From the NCBI GenBank assembly GCA_012295275.1, contig CM022670.1, forward strand, positions 4,278,001 through 4,342,000: a DNA stretch of 64,000 nucleotides, in the 5' to 3' direction. The DNA is from Chrysomallon squamiferum (lineage: Eukaryota > Animalia > Mollusca). A program made the position numbers and the translations under genes. Below are positions 47,049 through 61,917 of this stretch, piece by piece. Under the pieces are notes generated by a model that saw only the letters and a list, made by a program, of their open reading frames with translations, had not been told where the DNA came from and did no database searches. Each line of letters opens with the position of its first letter. Position 1 is the first letter of the stretch.

Positions 47049-48584
47049 TATTGTTTTAACCTGAATAATATATTGTACATTATTTACACAACAGTACTTG
47101 ACGATAATTCACATGGTGTTCGGTAATGACAAATGTTTCATGAAAATGAGTTTATCATTTTTGAATCCACTAGGACATTGATAGTTTCTTTTCTTTTTAC
47201 TTTTTTAAAAAATAAAAAATAATTATAATCCACATGTTAGCTTGTGAAAGTTGCAGTCTCCTGCATTATCAACTGCTAAGTAACATATTATCCTTTACAA
47301 AATCTCCTTTAACTATCGAATTACAGATATGTTTAATAACAGTTAAATCTAATCTGATCTTTCATTTTCACCATAACATTTCACATGCTACACACACTGT
47401 TCATCACAAGTATCCATAGATCTGTGAAAAAATAATCAATATCAAGAGAGTAATCTCTACAGTGGAGTAAAATAATCTGGTATCTTATTTAGTTTGTACA
47501 GACCTGTACTGTTTCATTTATTATGTGATTTACACATGCCATTCGGTAAAAGTTTTTAATGCCTACAAATCTTGTTTTATATATTTATAAATTTATATTT
47601 AGATTCATTAATGTAATTCCAAGATTGATACGGTTATGTGGGTGAATATTGTTAAATGCGAATGAATAATTAATAATATTATCCACAGTTCTGATGCCTA
47701 AAATGTCTAATTATCATTTTTGTTTGTAGAACTTTCACGGGCACAGAAATCATTTGCAGAAGATCTGAAGAATTTCAATTTTGAATGTATTGGCAACCAG
47801 CAAACGGATGATGAGCAGTGCATTGGTAAGAGTTTTATTTATTTATTTATGTGACAGAAGTTATTTCTGACTGAAATACAATACATATTGCCGTTAATTG
47901 AACAAAATGTAAATAAGCAGAATTATTATTGTTTTATAATGTGTTATACATTTTTACCAAACATAGCAGTACCAAATAATAATTCACTTGGCATTTGTTA
48001 ATGAGAAATTTGAGGAAGCACAGTTTCATGAAAATGAGTACATCATTTCCCAGTTATTCTTCTTGTTATGTATTTAAATTAATTAATATTTAAAACTGAA
48101 CACACTGAATATGTATGAGTTTTACACAGGGAAAATACGATGATTCCAGTTATTTTTAATCTATCTTATTGTAAATAAAACCTAAAACCAACCAACCCCC
48201 GACAAAAAACAACAACAACAACAAAAACCAAGATTTTATTTATTCTAGTATTTTTTACTGGCCACCTCTGAGTGACATCAAAGGAAAATGCTTAAATAAA
48301 TAACAATGAATACAGAGAAAACATTTCTAAATAATGCTTACAGTTATTAGTCCAAAACAATAAATCAGATTACACATTAGGTAAGACAGGTTTAAACTAC
48401 CTACATGTTACAAAGTCATTATCAGTGAGTATTACGCAACTACCTTTATCTGTTTCTGCATTACTGAAAACGAGAGAGAGAAGTGCAGTTTCATCTAGAC
48501 CCAGATAAATTTTGAAGTACTGTCTTTCTAAATGTCTGTAAATTATAATGATGTAGCTTTAAGATATATACCTTCTCTTGCATG

Positions 48585-48621
<37 letters not shown>

Positions 48622-48847
48622 ATTGTGTGTTTAAATATGTATTTAGAAGAACATAATTAATTAAAATAATTCACAGTGGTTGAGATTATGTAAGAGGTTA
48701 CGTACTTGTGAGTAATAATCAAGTCAGGGATGCACAAAGTGAAGTGAAGAAGATAATAGATTTGTATAAATAAAAATGTTTTGTGGCATAATGTATTAAC
48801 ATTCATAGATGTATAAATTTTCCTATAAAATGATATCAGAATATGTT

Positions 48848-48884
<37 letters not shown>

Positions 48885-48909
48885 ATTATTATTATTATTA
48901 TTATTATTA

Positions 48910-48960
<51 letters not shown>

Positions 48961-50947
48961 TTTTTTTTTTTTTTTTTTTAAATTATTATACAGTTTAGAC
49001 TGCCACACAAATTTAAAAAAAAATATATAATTAATTGTGAAAACTGCATGCAGTGTTATGAACATTCTGACACTTGCTGATGTTAAATATTGTCAAATGA
49101 GTTGTAAACATGTCAGTTCTGCTATTAATACTCAGGTGTTTTCTGTGAAAAGTTTGCCTTCATGATCCAATTACACAAATAGCTGATGGTACAGGATGAT
49201 AAGTGTATCTGTAACATAACATAAACTTCCTGCAGGATCATATTTCATTGTTCAGTACAGTTGATTACTAGTTACTTAATTATAGATGTATTTTTGTAAA
49301 TATATTGAGTGTGTGTTTTGTTTTTAATATTTTACCTGATAGTTTCATCTGTTCTATAATTTTTATATCAGTTCATATATTCATTGAAAATGTAATTTAA
49401 AAAGAAAAATATAATTGTACAAAACAACAGAGTTCCTTGATGGGGGTAGTGGTTGCTTTGGTGTTTTTATTTTTATTTTTTTTCTTCTGTCAAATACTGC
49501 TTTTTAAAAAGAAAAAAGAGAAACATTTTCTGCATTTTTTATTCTCTGTTTTTGCTTTTATTATTTTAACTATTTAATTTAATAAGATTAACTTTTAAAA
49601 TTATAATACAAAATGTGAATATTTATAATTTTATTAAACTTGTTTAAAATACACTATTACTAATAGGTAAGAACATTATTACTATATATGTATGTGTGTG
49701 TGTGTGAGTACATATATATATATATATATATTTAATAAATAATTATCTAGATTTTATAAAATGTGGTTAATAGTAAAGACATTGTTTCAGTTTTATTAGG
49801 ATACACTTTGTATTTTACTGCACCCAAAACATTTGTCATTGCCAAATAAATTGTAGTTGAGCCAGTGTGACATTTTGTACAGCATTAATGTGTTAGTATT
49901 TCCTGAAACGTCCATGCTATGTATCTTGACTGTCAAATGTAACATATTCTTACAAATGTCTGATTCGTGGTCTTGTTCTTTTCTCTTTTTTTTAAATGCT
50001 CAGTTAACTTTCAAAAAATAATGTTTTTTTTATTGTTGTTTTCTCTCCCATTAATAATACATTAATAATTTAACTCGTTGCATATTTGTGAAATAACAAA
50101 CACATTGATTTTTTAAAATTTCATAATATAAATAAATAATTTATTATATATTTATTTTATGTTATTTTATTTATTTTTATTTTTATTTTTATTTTTATTT
50201 TTATTTTTATTTTTATTTTTATTTTTATTTTTATTTTTTTTTTTATTTTTATTTTTATTTTTAAAAATTAACAGATTTGCATGAAATTAATATTGCTGAA
50301 ACTTAGTTTGTAAGACACAAACACAATGTCTGTTTTGTTATCAATAATCAGCTGGCAGAAAAAAAAACCCCTGACAAAAACCAACAACAACAAAATCAAA
50401 TAACTACACTGTCTACTGTAAGTTTTATTTTATTTTATTTCTTATCAACTCAGAAAGTGTCTAGACTATTTCTTTCTTGCATTCATTTATAGCTGAATAA
50501 TACAGTAAATTTGTCTGCACTAGATGAATAAAACAGATTTTAAATACTTAAGAATTTTTTCTTTCTTTCTCTTATACTTTACACAATTAAATATATATAT
50601 ACATATATATAATCAGAAATTTACTGTCTGTTATTTATTCAAATTGATATGATTTAAATGGGTCATTGTCAGAATATATCTACCCGGATGTCAGGTCATG
50701 GTACAGTCATGGTAAATATAATGTTTTCTTTACAGTGTTGTTATAGTAGATACAATAGCATTATTTGAGTTCAGAAACAGTGTACGTATAAGGTTACTGC
50801 ACACATGTAATTTAACAGGAGAAAGGATTGGTGTTACTGAGTGATTTGTGTATATATACATACATGTTAGTAAAACATTTCATTGCTGAACAAAATATTG
50901 ACCTCCATTACTATTTTCAGTTATTTTTTAAATTTATTATTATTTCT

Positions 50948-50991
<44 letters not shown>

Positions 50992-51198
50992 TTTCTGTTT
51001 ATTTACTCTTTTTGTTTTATATATTTTTTAAAGTAAAACATATTCCACACATAATTCTCAAATGTATTATTTTGTCATATGTCGATCATATTTATTTGAA
51101 TTTCTGAATATATCTATGAGATTTATTTTGCCCATTTTTTTATTCTTCAGTAATAATAATACTGAGCTATTAAATAATGTTTGTATAATGTTAGGGTG

Positions 51199-51230
<32 letters not shown>

Positions 51231-53251
51231 CATTCACATATTACTTTAGCATGTCAGTTTTACACACCTGTTATTTAGTTATAGGCTTTAACTTCTCAAT
51301 GTTTTATTATCTATTATTGCATTGTGTTTCATCTGAATCATGCCTCCTCAGTTCTTTCTTCAAGATACTTTATGTATCCCTTTTCTGTATTTCTTTTACT
51401 TTTACAATATAATCGAGTAGTACATCATGAGTATATTTTCTTTTCAGAATTTAATATTCAGTTGTATTTGACTGTTTGTTTGGATAAAATTTGTAATTTT
51501 TATAGACTTTTTAGTTTTCAGCATTCAGATAGATCTTTTTTATATTCTTGTGTTTATTTTGTGTACACTGCAGGGTGTTCCCTGATAGAAATGTATGTCT
51601 GTGTTCGTATGTGTGTCAAACACAGCTTTTATGCAGATTACTTTAACAGCAAAAAAAAAAAATGATCATGATATTAACTTCATGGTTTTAAAAATGATAT
51701 AAAATTTATTCTTTTTTTTAAAAATGTTTTTATTTTACTAATGTAGCTGCTGCTGATTTATTTATTAAATATCTTTATTTATTTCCTGTTTTACTTTTCT
51801 TAAACATTTAAAGCTTATTTTGATTAAATGTAACTATTCTGTGTATGATGTAAAATTATGAAATGAATTTATTGAATAAACTGGTCTCTTTTCCTTCAGA
51901 ATAGACAGTTTTACAGAATTCAGCATTTTGTTTATTATAATATTTAAAAATGTGTTCAATTACACAAGACTGAAAGAATATGAAGATTGCTTATTTATTT
52001 CCATACTTATATTTATAAATACTAACAATTACTTTATTTAATTCCAAAGAAATAAATTTCAGTTTAACTGAAATCCAATTATATATATATAATTTATCAC
52101 TTGAGTTATTTTTTTTGATTACTACAATTTGATATTATTAACAGCTTTATTGAACAAGTATATTAGAAATAGTTCATCTGACACATGTGCATTCAGAGTG
52201 ATATTCTGCCCAGTAGCCTCTGGACTGTATATCATGGAAAAGGCTAAAATGTGCTGACCTGCCACTGCACATGGCTCTTTCACTGGTGTCCGGCATAAAC
52301 ACAAGTGGATGAGATGAAAAATCATTACACAGACAAAGCACTTAGGGCCATATTATGATGTTAATTTTCTTTTTATCAGTCCTGTGTATGGATCTTCTTT
52401 AAATGCTCTACTTTCAAGTTAACAATATTCCAATTCATGAAAAACTGATATGGCCAACTGGGATGTTTCTTTCTATCTTTATTTATTTAATTTTTTTTTC
52501 CTTTTTAATATTTTTTTTTAATAATCTTTCTGAAAGAGCTAATTCTTTTACATTTTTTTTTTTTTTTTTTTTTTTTTTTCTCAGAATATGGAAAAAATTT
52601 CTGTTGATACTTGTTTTTTTTTTCTTTTTTTATTATTCTTTTTTTTAATTAGATGTAAACCTAACAAAAATTATACTGAAATCAAAACTGCAAATAAACT
52701 GTTTCTGATGAATATGAAAATTTGTATCAGTATTTAGTACAAAATCTGGAGTTGCTTTACAGTTTCTTCACAAACTTCTTGTGGGTTTTTTCTACTTACA
52801 GCATTTATATTACAATATAGTGTATGAAATATACACAAAACCCCAAAATGGCCAGCCAAGCTTGTTTAGGCTATACATGCAGCTCAGCAACTTTTTATTT
52901 GCCACTGGTAATAAGTCTGGGTGGTTTACTTCTCAAGAAAATATATTGTCAAACTTTTCATATATCTTTTTAACAAAGTGTTGATATATGTGTAATCAAT
53001 ATCTAGATTGATGTGAAAATTCCATTTTAATACATTGATCACTACAGTGGATTAAAGTAATTTATCTTATTACAATCAAATTTATATCTACTTGGACAGC
53101 TATCTGAAATCTGTTTATATCTGTTAAAGCTTTAAGTTTTATACTTCATGGTTACGGGGTTAAATATGAAAAATGAATGTTTAGTTCTTACACATATACC
53201 ATTAGTTCAAGTGTAACTTGTTGTTAATAAAAACTATCACTTTTAAATGTG

Positions 53252-53286
<35 letters not shown>

Positions 53287-53323
53287 AAACACACACACAC
53301 TCACTCACTTACTCACACACACA

Positions 53324-53356
<33 letters not shown>

Positions 53357-53383
53357 TCACACACACACACACACACTCACTTA

Positions 53384-53457
<74 letters not shown>

Positions 53458-54419
53458 ACTCATGATAAATATTAACAAACATTAAAGTGATATATTTTGA
53501 CTACCATGTGCTGACACAGACACGCACACACCCAACACCATATTAATTATTATTAATCATAGGGTGTCAGCTCGAAAAACATGTCACATATTATATATAT
53601 AACTTTATCACAAACCCAGCACAGATAATGTGATTTATATTACAGCTGATGAAAAGGTCTTCATATTCAATTACTGTGGTCAGTGAATGGTGCTGATGTC
53701 ACACCCTGCAAGCTGTACAGTTATTAACACTCAGCCAGGCAGGTGTTGTCCATGTTTCATTATCTGTGCATCCCACTTTGTTTACAATGCTTTGCAGGAA
53801 TTTCACCAGCAGCTGTGGTCCAAGCTATTTGAAAATGAAAAATGATCTTTATGTGATAGCAGTGTTTATGATGGGTCTTGAACTCATATCTTTGACTTTA
53901 CCAACCTCCTAAAAATCCCTGCCAATACCAGCCACCTGTATAAATCAAACCTATTTTATAGACAGGTTCATAGCAAATTGAAAAGAGAAAATATGTTCCC
54001 ATCTGGCAAATAGTCTAAATATTTTTGTTCAGATTGCTTGTTCTTGGGCTGCACTTTGACCTATGAGTATTCATGCACACACACACACACATGGGGAATG
54101 TTTGGCACTGGAATATTTTTGATATGAATGAAGGGCAGGAATATTTTGATTTCCACACTGGCCTCATTGTAGAATGTTAAATAAACACATAAATTAATGT
54201 TTGAGATAATTTGTTGTTACTTTTTAAGGTCACATTTCCTCTTTTTCTCTTTATTTGTATTGGGTTTTAAATTTTATTTATGATGGATTTATTTTATGTT
54301 GTATAATGTAGCTTATAATTTTATATATATGAATGTAATAACTAAATGTTTATTGTGGTCTAAATATTTTTTTTTTTTGTATTTATTTATTTATTTATTT
54401 ATTTATTTCTTTTTTTCTT

Positions 54420-54450
<31 letters not shown>

Positions 54451-55127
54451 TTATTATTATTATTAAAAATAGAGACACTATATTGAAAATTTAAAATTTT
54501 TTTAGAAATAATATTTGGTGCTAAAATACCACCTTTTTTTATTATATACATTTATTTCTACCATATTACTAAAGACATCTGATTATTTATATTTACTGTG
54601 ACTTACTGTTCTGTGAAAATTTCAGTTTAGATGGATTTTAAAAAAATATATATATCTGTTTATATGTGTGTAGTTACTTATTAATTTTACACGTTTCATA
54701 TACACTACAGGGAAGTGTATCTGTTTGTAATCTGCACCTACTTAAAATCTGTCTTATCTGTATGGGCTCTTCCTGCCCACTGCTTTTAATAAGAGATAAT
54801 GGAAGTATATATGTGTGTGGCATTCAAAGTGTATTCCTGTCTTATCTTAACACACATTAGCATTGCACTGACCCATAATAATATCTATATCTGTAAAATA
54901 GTCACTGTGTGTGTATCATTTATAAAAGCAGTATTAGAATTACAAATGAGGTTATCTTTCTTTGGATAAAAGGATGGATGGATGGATAGATTAAACAGAT
55001 CAGTTGTATTGATCTTAGTTCTGTTATGCAGATGTTGTTGCTTTAGAACATTATAGATTAACAAATCAGTGACAAAATAAGTGTTACGCTTGACTTGCCT
55101 TTCTGACTTGCTATAAGTCTTTTTAAC

Positions 55128-55158
<31 letters not shown>

Positions 55159-55899
55159 AATTATTTTGGGATAAAAAAAATAAAATAAAAATTTGCAATG
55201 TTCTTTTTGTATTCCATATAGTTCAGCATCCTTTAATTTATGGCGTTCAGTTCCAGATGGCCATTGATTAGGTTCAGCACATCTTTATTTGATGTTTGTA
55301 AATGAAATTCTGTTTGAGTGATGAGACAGGTGTGTGTTGTGTACACATCATCACACTCAGTGACAGCAGCATTCCTAGTCTGAAAAGAAAAGCCATTTAA
55401 TGCAAACCACTTGGAGATAGTTGCCTTATAAAATATAAGCAGATGAAAAAAATTAAAGAAAGAGAAGGAGAAGAAAAATAACATGCATACGTATATCTGC
55501 TTTAATAAATAAGCTTTTATGTAATTTATAATTATTTGTGAAAGCCATATAAAACAATTTACAGTATCATGTATATTCATTTGTATGCCACTAAAAATGT
55601 GTTAGATGTGTAAAATAGAGCTGAAAATATCAAAATTTATTAATTGGCAGTTAATCCAGTTATCCTTGGTTGTCTAAAAACCATAAAATAATAATTTAAA
55701 AACATTCCATCATTATGATATGAATATGGTTTTTGATGTAAAATTGTTGTGTTGTGTATGTTTTGACAAATTAACATTTGTGAATTTTATTTACAATAAA
55801 TAAAATCTGTTATTTATTTTTTTCTTATTTAATTATGTATTTTAATTTAATATCTAAAACCACTTGTTATAGTTTATGTAGTGCAATATACATACATAC

Positions 55900-55947
<48 letters not shown>

Positions 55948-57468
55948 TTATATTTAAAAAAATAAAAACAACAAACACCTATATATATATTTAATTCTGG
56001 GAAATGTATTCCTGACATGTTTAAAGATTTCCTAAAAGCAATTTGTTCTTAACTTTGTAAACCTGTTCTAACTGTGGCTGCATACAGTAATCAGCATTCT
56101 GTTTACAATCAATACATCAGTTTAGATGTGGACTGACATTTATGTTTTGGATTAATATTAAACAGATGTTGAAAAACTCCATACATCAAAAACAAAACAA
56201 AAAAATTAAAAACGGTAATAATAAAGTTCAGTATTAGTATTTATTAAATGTCAATCATCCTTTTACTTATATAATTAAAAGAACAGGAGATAGGCTTTTT
56301 TTTTTTTTTTTTTTAAAATACCTACCCATAAATACTGCTGACATTGATAACTGGTCACATTCATTCTCACTGGAATGTGAAGTAGCTAACAGATATAGAT
56401 ATCAAAAAAGGAAATAAACATGAATAGACACAGTTTTCTTGGAGTTTTTAAATTTAATTTAAATTTTTAAAAATTGTATTCATTTTTTATTATTATTTTT
56501 ATTACTTTTTACTTTTTAATTTGTTATCTTTCAGCAAATTCCCTGAATGAATTTGGAAAACTGATATGCACAATTGAAGATGAAAGAGATAGACTGGTAA
56601 GTTAACAATAAACAATTCCACACACAAAACAAATTTGATATGTAATATTCTGTACATAAAGGAATGAAAACATGTAATTGAATAAAACCTCTGTGTGCAT
56701 TTCTAGTTTTCCCAAAGGACACAAGTCGTTTAAAAAAAGAAGAGAAAAAAAAAAAAAAAAAAAAAACTACCACAGCAAACATATAATTATATATATAAAA
56801 ATAATTTTATTTAAAAAAATGTAATAAAAAGAAATGTGAATATTGAAAGCACTTCATATTTAGTTCAAAAAAAAAATTCAACCTGGAGATTTAAATAGTA
56901 ATGATAATATATATTTTTGCATGTACTTCAACTTCAAGACAAAAATGAAGCAGAATTATTGTTTTCAACACAGTAATTTAGTTTGTTTGGCCCATATAGT
57001 TAGTCTTCAACAGCTTACAAACAGCACAGATTAATTATCATGTTTATTCTTACCTTTTGCTGAGGAATTATTCAGTTTATCCTAGACATATTTACGTTCT
57101 TTGGAAAGACAAACAAGTAAAGAGAGAGTGGTAATTTTTTTAATAGGAGGTCTGTTTGACTGAATTTAACACTAATTATTTGCCTGAATTGTTGGAACAG
57201 ATGTATGAAGATTAAATTGTTTATTCATTGCAGCTTCAGATGGCAACTGAACAATTCCTTAAACCCTTGGAAAACTTCAGGAAGGAAAACATTGGTTTAG
57301 CAAAGGTAATGATAAGAAATGTAACTTTTTTCTTACCTTTCTGTTAAGAATGAATTCATTAAATATAATAATATTTCTGTAATAGTTATGCTGCGGCAAA
57401 TCATATGTTGTTTGTGTATATTGTTTTAGCATTACTTTTTATGATTATTATTATTATTATTATTATTA

Positions 57469-57545
<77 letters not shown>

Positions 57546-60500
57546 TATTTATTTATTCATTATTCTGCAATGACAATTTCTGGACATATTTACTTGCAAA
57601 ACATCTTTAGGTAAGAACGTTTAAATTCAATAATTTTAAACAGAAAACTCAGTATAAACATTGCAAAATCACTTTTTTTTCTTCTTTTTTTCTCAATTAG
57701 AATACCAAAGGTATATATTTGCAATAGATTTCATTGTTCAGATATCTCCATCCAAAACCCACTTTGACTACATACATATATAAAACCATTGCTAAAGAAC
57801 TGGTATTCATTCATTCATACATATCATAATCTTGTTTGTGTCACAGGAAGGGAGAAAGGTGTTTGACAAGCAGACGGCCAAATTCTGTCAGTCACTGGAA
57901 CGATATCTAAACATGAAGACCAAAGTAAATGAAACTGCACTTCAAGAGGTAAGAAAAATACTGAGTGACAAACTTAATAAACATTGATATGAATATGGTT
58001 TAATTCACTAAATTAAAAAGTGAAGATTTATTTATAACTAAAAGCTTATTGTGTAGCAAAATGTAAAAATCAAACATGATTTGGAGTCAGTTTACATCGT
58101 TTATCAACACATTTATCCTACTATGTATTAAGTAATTTACTTCTTCTTACTAATTAATTAATTACTAATTTCATTGTGTACAGGCTGATGCTCAGCTGGA
58201 AATGGAGAGAAGAGCTTTCTATCAAGCATCAATGAAATATGTTCTCCAGCTGCAAGAAGTTCAGGAGAAGAAGAAATTTGAATTTGTTGAAATTGTAATT
58301 TGCTTTTTATTGCGTAGAGTTATAATTTAATGAAGAAGAATATCATCAGACAAAATATGATATTTTTCTGTTATAGATCACAAGAATAATTTCCATTTAT
58401 TTTTCTTGTTCTTTATAAATTTTAAAAATATTTTGATTTACATTTTTTAACTATTAAAAGTGACATACATTGGGACATAAATTTATACATTATAAATGTA
58501 AATTATATTCCTCTCATTTTTCTTACAATTGTTTTTGGCTTTAACAAATTATTTCATGATTCTTTCGTTTGTATTTACTTAATTTAATTTTTATTTTATT
58601 GTTTTTTATTTTATTACAGCTACTAGGTTTCATGTACAGTTGGCTGACATTTTATCATCAGGGCCATGAAGCAGCTCAGAATTCAAGCCATATATGCAAG
58701 ACTTACAATGGAGGCTGCAAAAGGTTGAATGGAATGAAAAGAATAATTGAGATATTAACTGAATATATATTTATACTTTTTGCATTTCTTTTTGTTTTAA
58801 ATTTTATTATCATTTTATTACTGCATACTTTCCAGTAGAAAAAAAATTATTATTATTATTATTATTATTATTTTTATTGATCTATGTATTTTGCTTTGTC
58901 ATTGTGATTCTCTAAAACGTATATGATAACATCATCATTACTGTTAAATGAGTCCCAAGTTTCTGTGATTAATAAATGACTTGTGATCATTTGATCCGTT
59001 TTGTGTGTGTGTGTGTTTGTGCTTGTGTTTGTGTTTGTGTGTTTTCAAGAAATAACATACACACTTAGTTATTTATATTCTGAATTTTGTTTTAGACTCG
59101 TGATAGTTACCAAAGCACCAGCCAGCAAGCAGAACAGTTGATGAACAAGATGCTGGAGGTCCGTGGAACGGTAATTTTAATTTCTGCTTTTCATCTCACT
59201 CAGGGCCACTACAGTCAGGTATACTGAGCTGCAGCTGCTGTCATTGTCCTGTTTCTCTTAGATAGCATCCTTAGATAGCAATCTGTTATATCACTGGCAT
59301 TATCAAATAGGACAGTGTGTGTCATTCTTAACTGGACAAGAGTTAAACTAATCCCCTCCAGGAAGCTAGGCATGTTTTAATACCCTAGTTTTATTAACTT
59401 TAGTATTTATTTATTTATTTATTTATTTAATTTATTTATTTATTGTATTAGTTGATTTTAAAACAAGTTATTAAGTTGAAAAAATCACCAAAAAGCACCA
59501 AAATCAAAACAGAATGAAAGTGTTTGTTGGATTTCTTGAGTAATTTCTTTAGCAGTCACACAGGTTTATTTACTCACTTGAACTGCACAAATGTTTTAAA
59601 ACTAATTTCACCCACTCTCTACTTGTTAGTTTTGTGTGAAGTGAAAGCTTAAAACTTACTGCAGAGATGACAGCAGCTGCAGCCGACATTTTTTAAAAGT
59701 GTAAAGACTCCCCCTTAGTAAAGCATGTCTGTTGACAAAAATAACATTTCTTTCCTGTAAATAAATGAAGATATTGATATGTATTTTGCATGTGGAACCT
59801 TAAATTTATGGGACGATGGAGCATGTGGTGCTAATGAAAATTGTATGGCATGCAGGAATACCATCAAATAAATTCTGAAATAATTCTTCTATTCTGATAA
59901 AAAAGAAATGTTTGTGCCTTTTATACTTGCTCTGATTTATGGTAAGCTCTGGCCTAAGGCATGATGGTGATTTGTTATTTTGCAGCCAGTACTGGCTTGT
60001 TATAGAAAGGCCATGATGCTTTTCCCTCTGTAAATGATTTTTTGCTGCTAATTTGAAAAAGAATATGTCTAAAGTAGCAAAATCTTTGACATTCAGTAGC
60101 CAGTGATAAAAAACAGTTGAATGTGTTCTTGTGGTGTTTTTAAAAAAAAAAAATGCATTATTTATGTTTTCCTCATATGATAATCTCACAAGCTTCATTT
60201 TGAAGAAACACACTCCCTTCATTTATTATATATGCAGTTTGTATGAATAACTCTTTTGCATTCCTGAAAATACTTTCTATTTCTTTCACTGAATGATATT
60301 TTATAACCAGACAGGTTTTGAGATGAAATTCTAAATGCAATTTGCCTGCACATAATTAAACAAAAAGAATATTAGTTTTTTTTTCACAAATATTTTGTAA
60401 AACAATGTGACAGTTTGCCCTGAAGTGGTGATGATCTCAGCTTGCTGCTAGACTGATAGCTATTTCTCACATGATCTGTCTTTAGTGATTTTTCACATTA

Positions 60501-61882
60501 TAACATCATTATATATCTTTTTACATTTTTGTATCGTTAGTGATTTTTCACATAACATCATTAAATATCTTTTTACATTTTTCTATCATTAGTGATTTTT
60601 CACATAACATCATTATATATCTTTTTACATTTTTGTATCGTTAGTGATTTTTCACATTTATAACATCAAATATCTTTTTTTTTACATTTTTTATATCATT
60701 AGTGATTTTTTTTTTATTAAAATATACATTTTTTACATTTTTGCATCGTTAGTGATTTTTCACATTTATAACATACTTTTTTTGCATTTTTATATCATTA
60801 GTGATTTTTCACATAATGTTTTTACATTTTTATATCATTAGTAATTTTTCATATTTATAAAATATATATCTTTTTACATTTTCATATCATTAGTGGTTTT
60901 CAAATTCAAAACATAAAGTTTTTCATTTTTGTATCATTAGACATGTATCACTCTGTGTGCTTATTAGATGTATCTCTGCATCATCAGACATCTCACTTTG
61001 TGTGCTTCTAGACATTTCTGTCTTCATCTTTCTTTATTTGTTCATTTTGTGAATCATCAGACAGTTTTCACTTTGTGTATGATTAGACATCTGTGTAACA
61101 TCAGACATTTATGTGTCACTGTTACTGTATCATTAATAATTTTCTCACTTTATGTGTGTACATTAGACATTGTGTATCTTTCGTGCATCACAAAACATTT
61201 CTTACTTAATATATCATTTTCTTACTGTGTGTACATTAGACGTCATTTTCTGTTTTGTGTATCACTTGACATTTTTCAGTTTGTTTTTCATTAGACATTT
61301 CTCAATTTATATATCATTACATATTTTTCACACTGCCTGTTCTGTTCTTTTTTTAATTTCTTTTTGATTATTAACCAACATTTAGGAAAACATTTTAAAA
61401 ACAATTTTGAAATTTAAATGCTTTAGTTACTTCATTACTTGGTTTCATCCATGACATGATACCATTAGTTATTTTTTCATAATTGTAATTATTACTGTCA
61501 CCAAAATAATAATTCAAACAGTTTTAATGACCAATATTGAGTTCATATCTTTGGAGTTGAGTTTAGAAAATTTATTAGTAATTTGTTTTTATTCTGTTTT
61601 GGGGAAGGGGAATACAGTAACACATATATTGTGTTTTCCTATATGTAAAACTTACTAATGTATTTTTATTTTGGTGTGGTGGCGTTTTTGCTTACATTTT
61701 CTGTAGTTATTTTAGAAAGAAATTAAAACAAACTTGCTTGTGTTATTAATGTTTGTATGTCAATTTATTTTATATACTTGTAGCCACAGTTTGGACAGGT
61801 TTTGGTAAGGGGAAAAGATGTTACAACAATACTCTTATTATTTTTTTTCTTTCCTTTTTTTTTTGTTCAAACATTTAAGTTG

Positions 61883-61917
<35 letters not shown>

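Noticed and set aside
60481-60945. CRISPR-like repeat array
   Set aside because: Eukaryotic intron; units are contiguous and degenerate with no unique spacers and no cas genes
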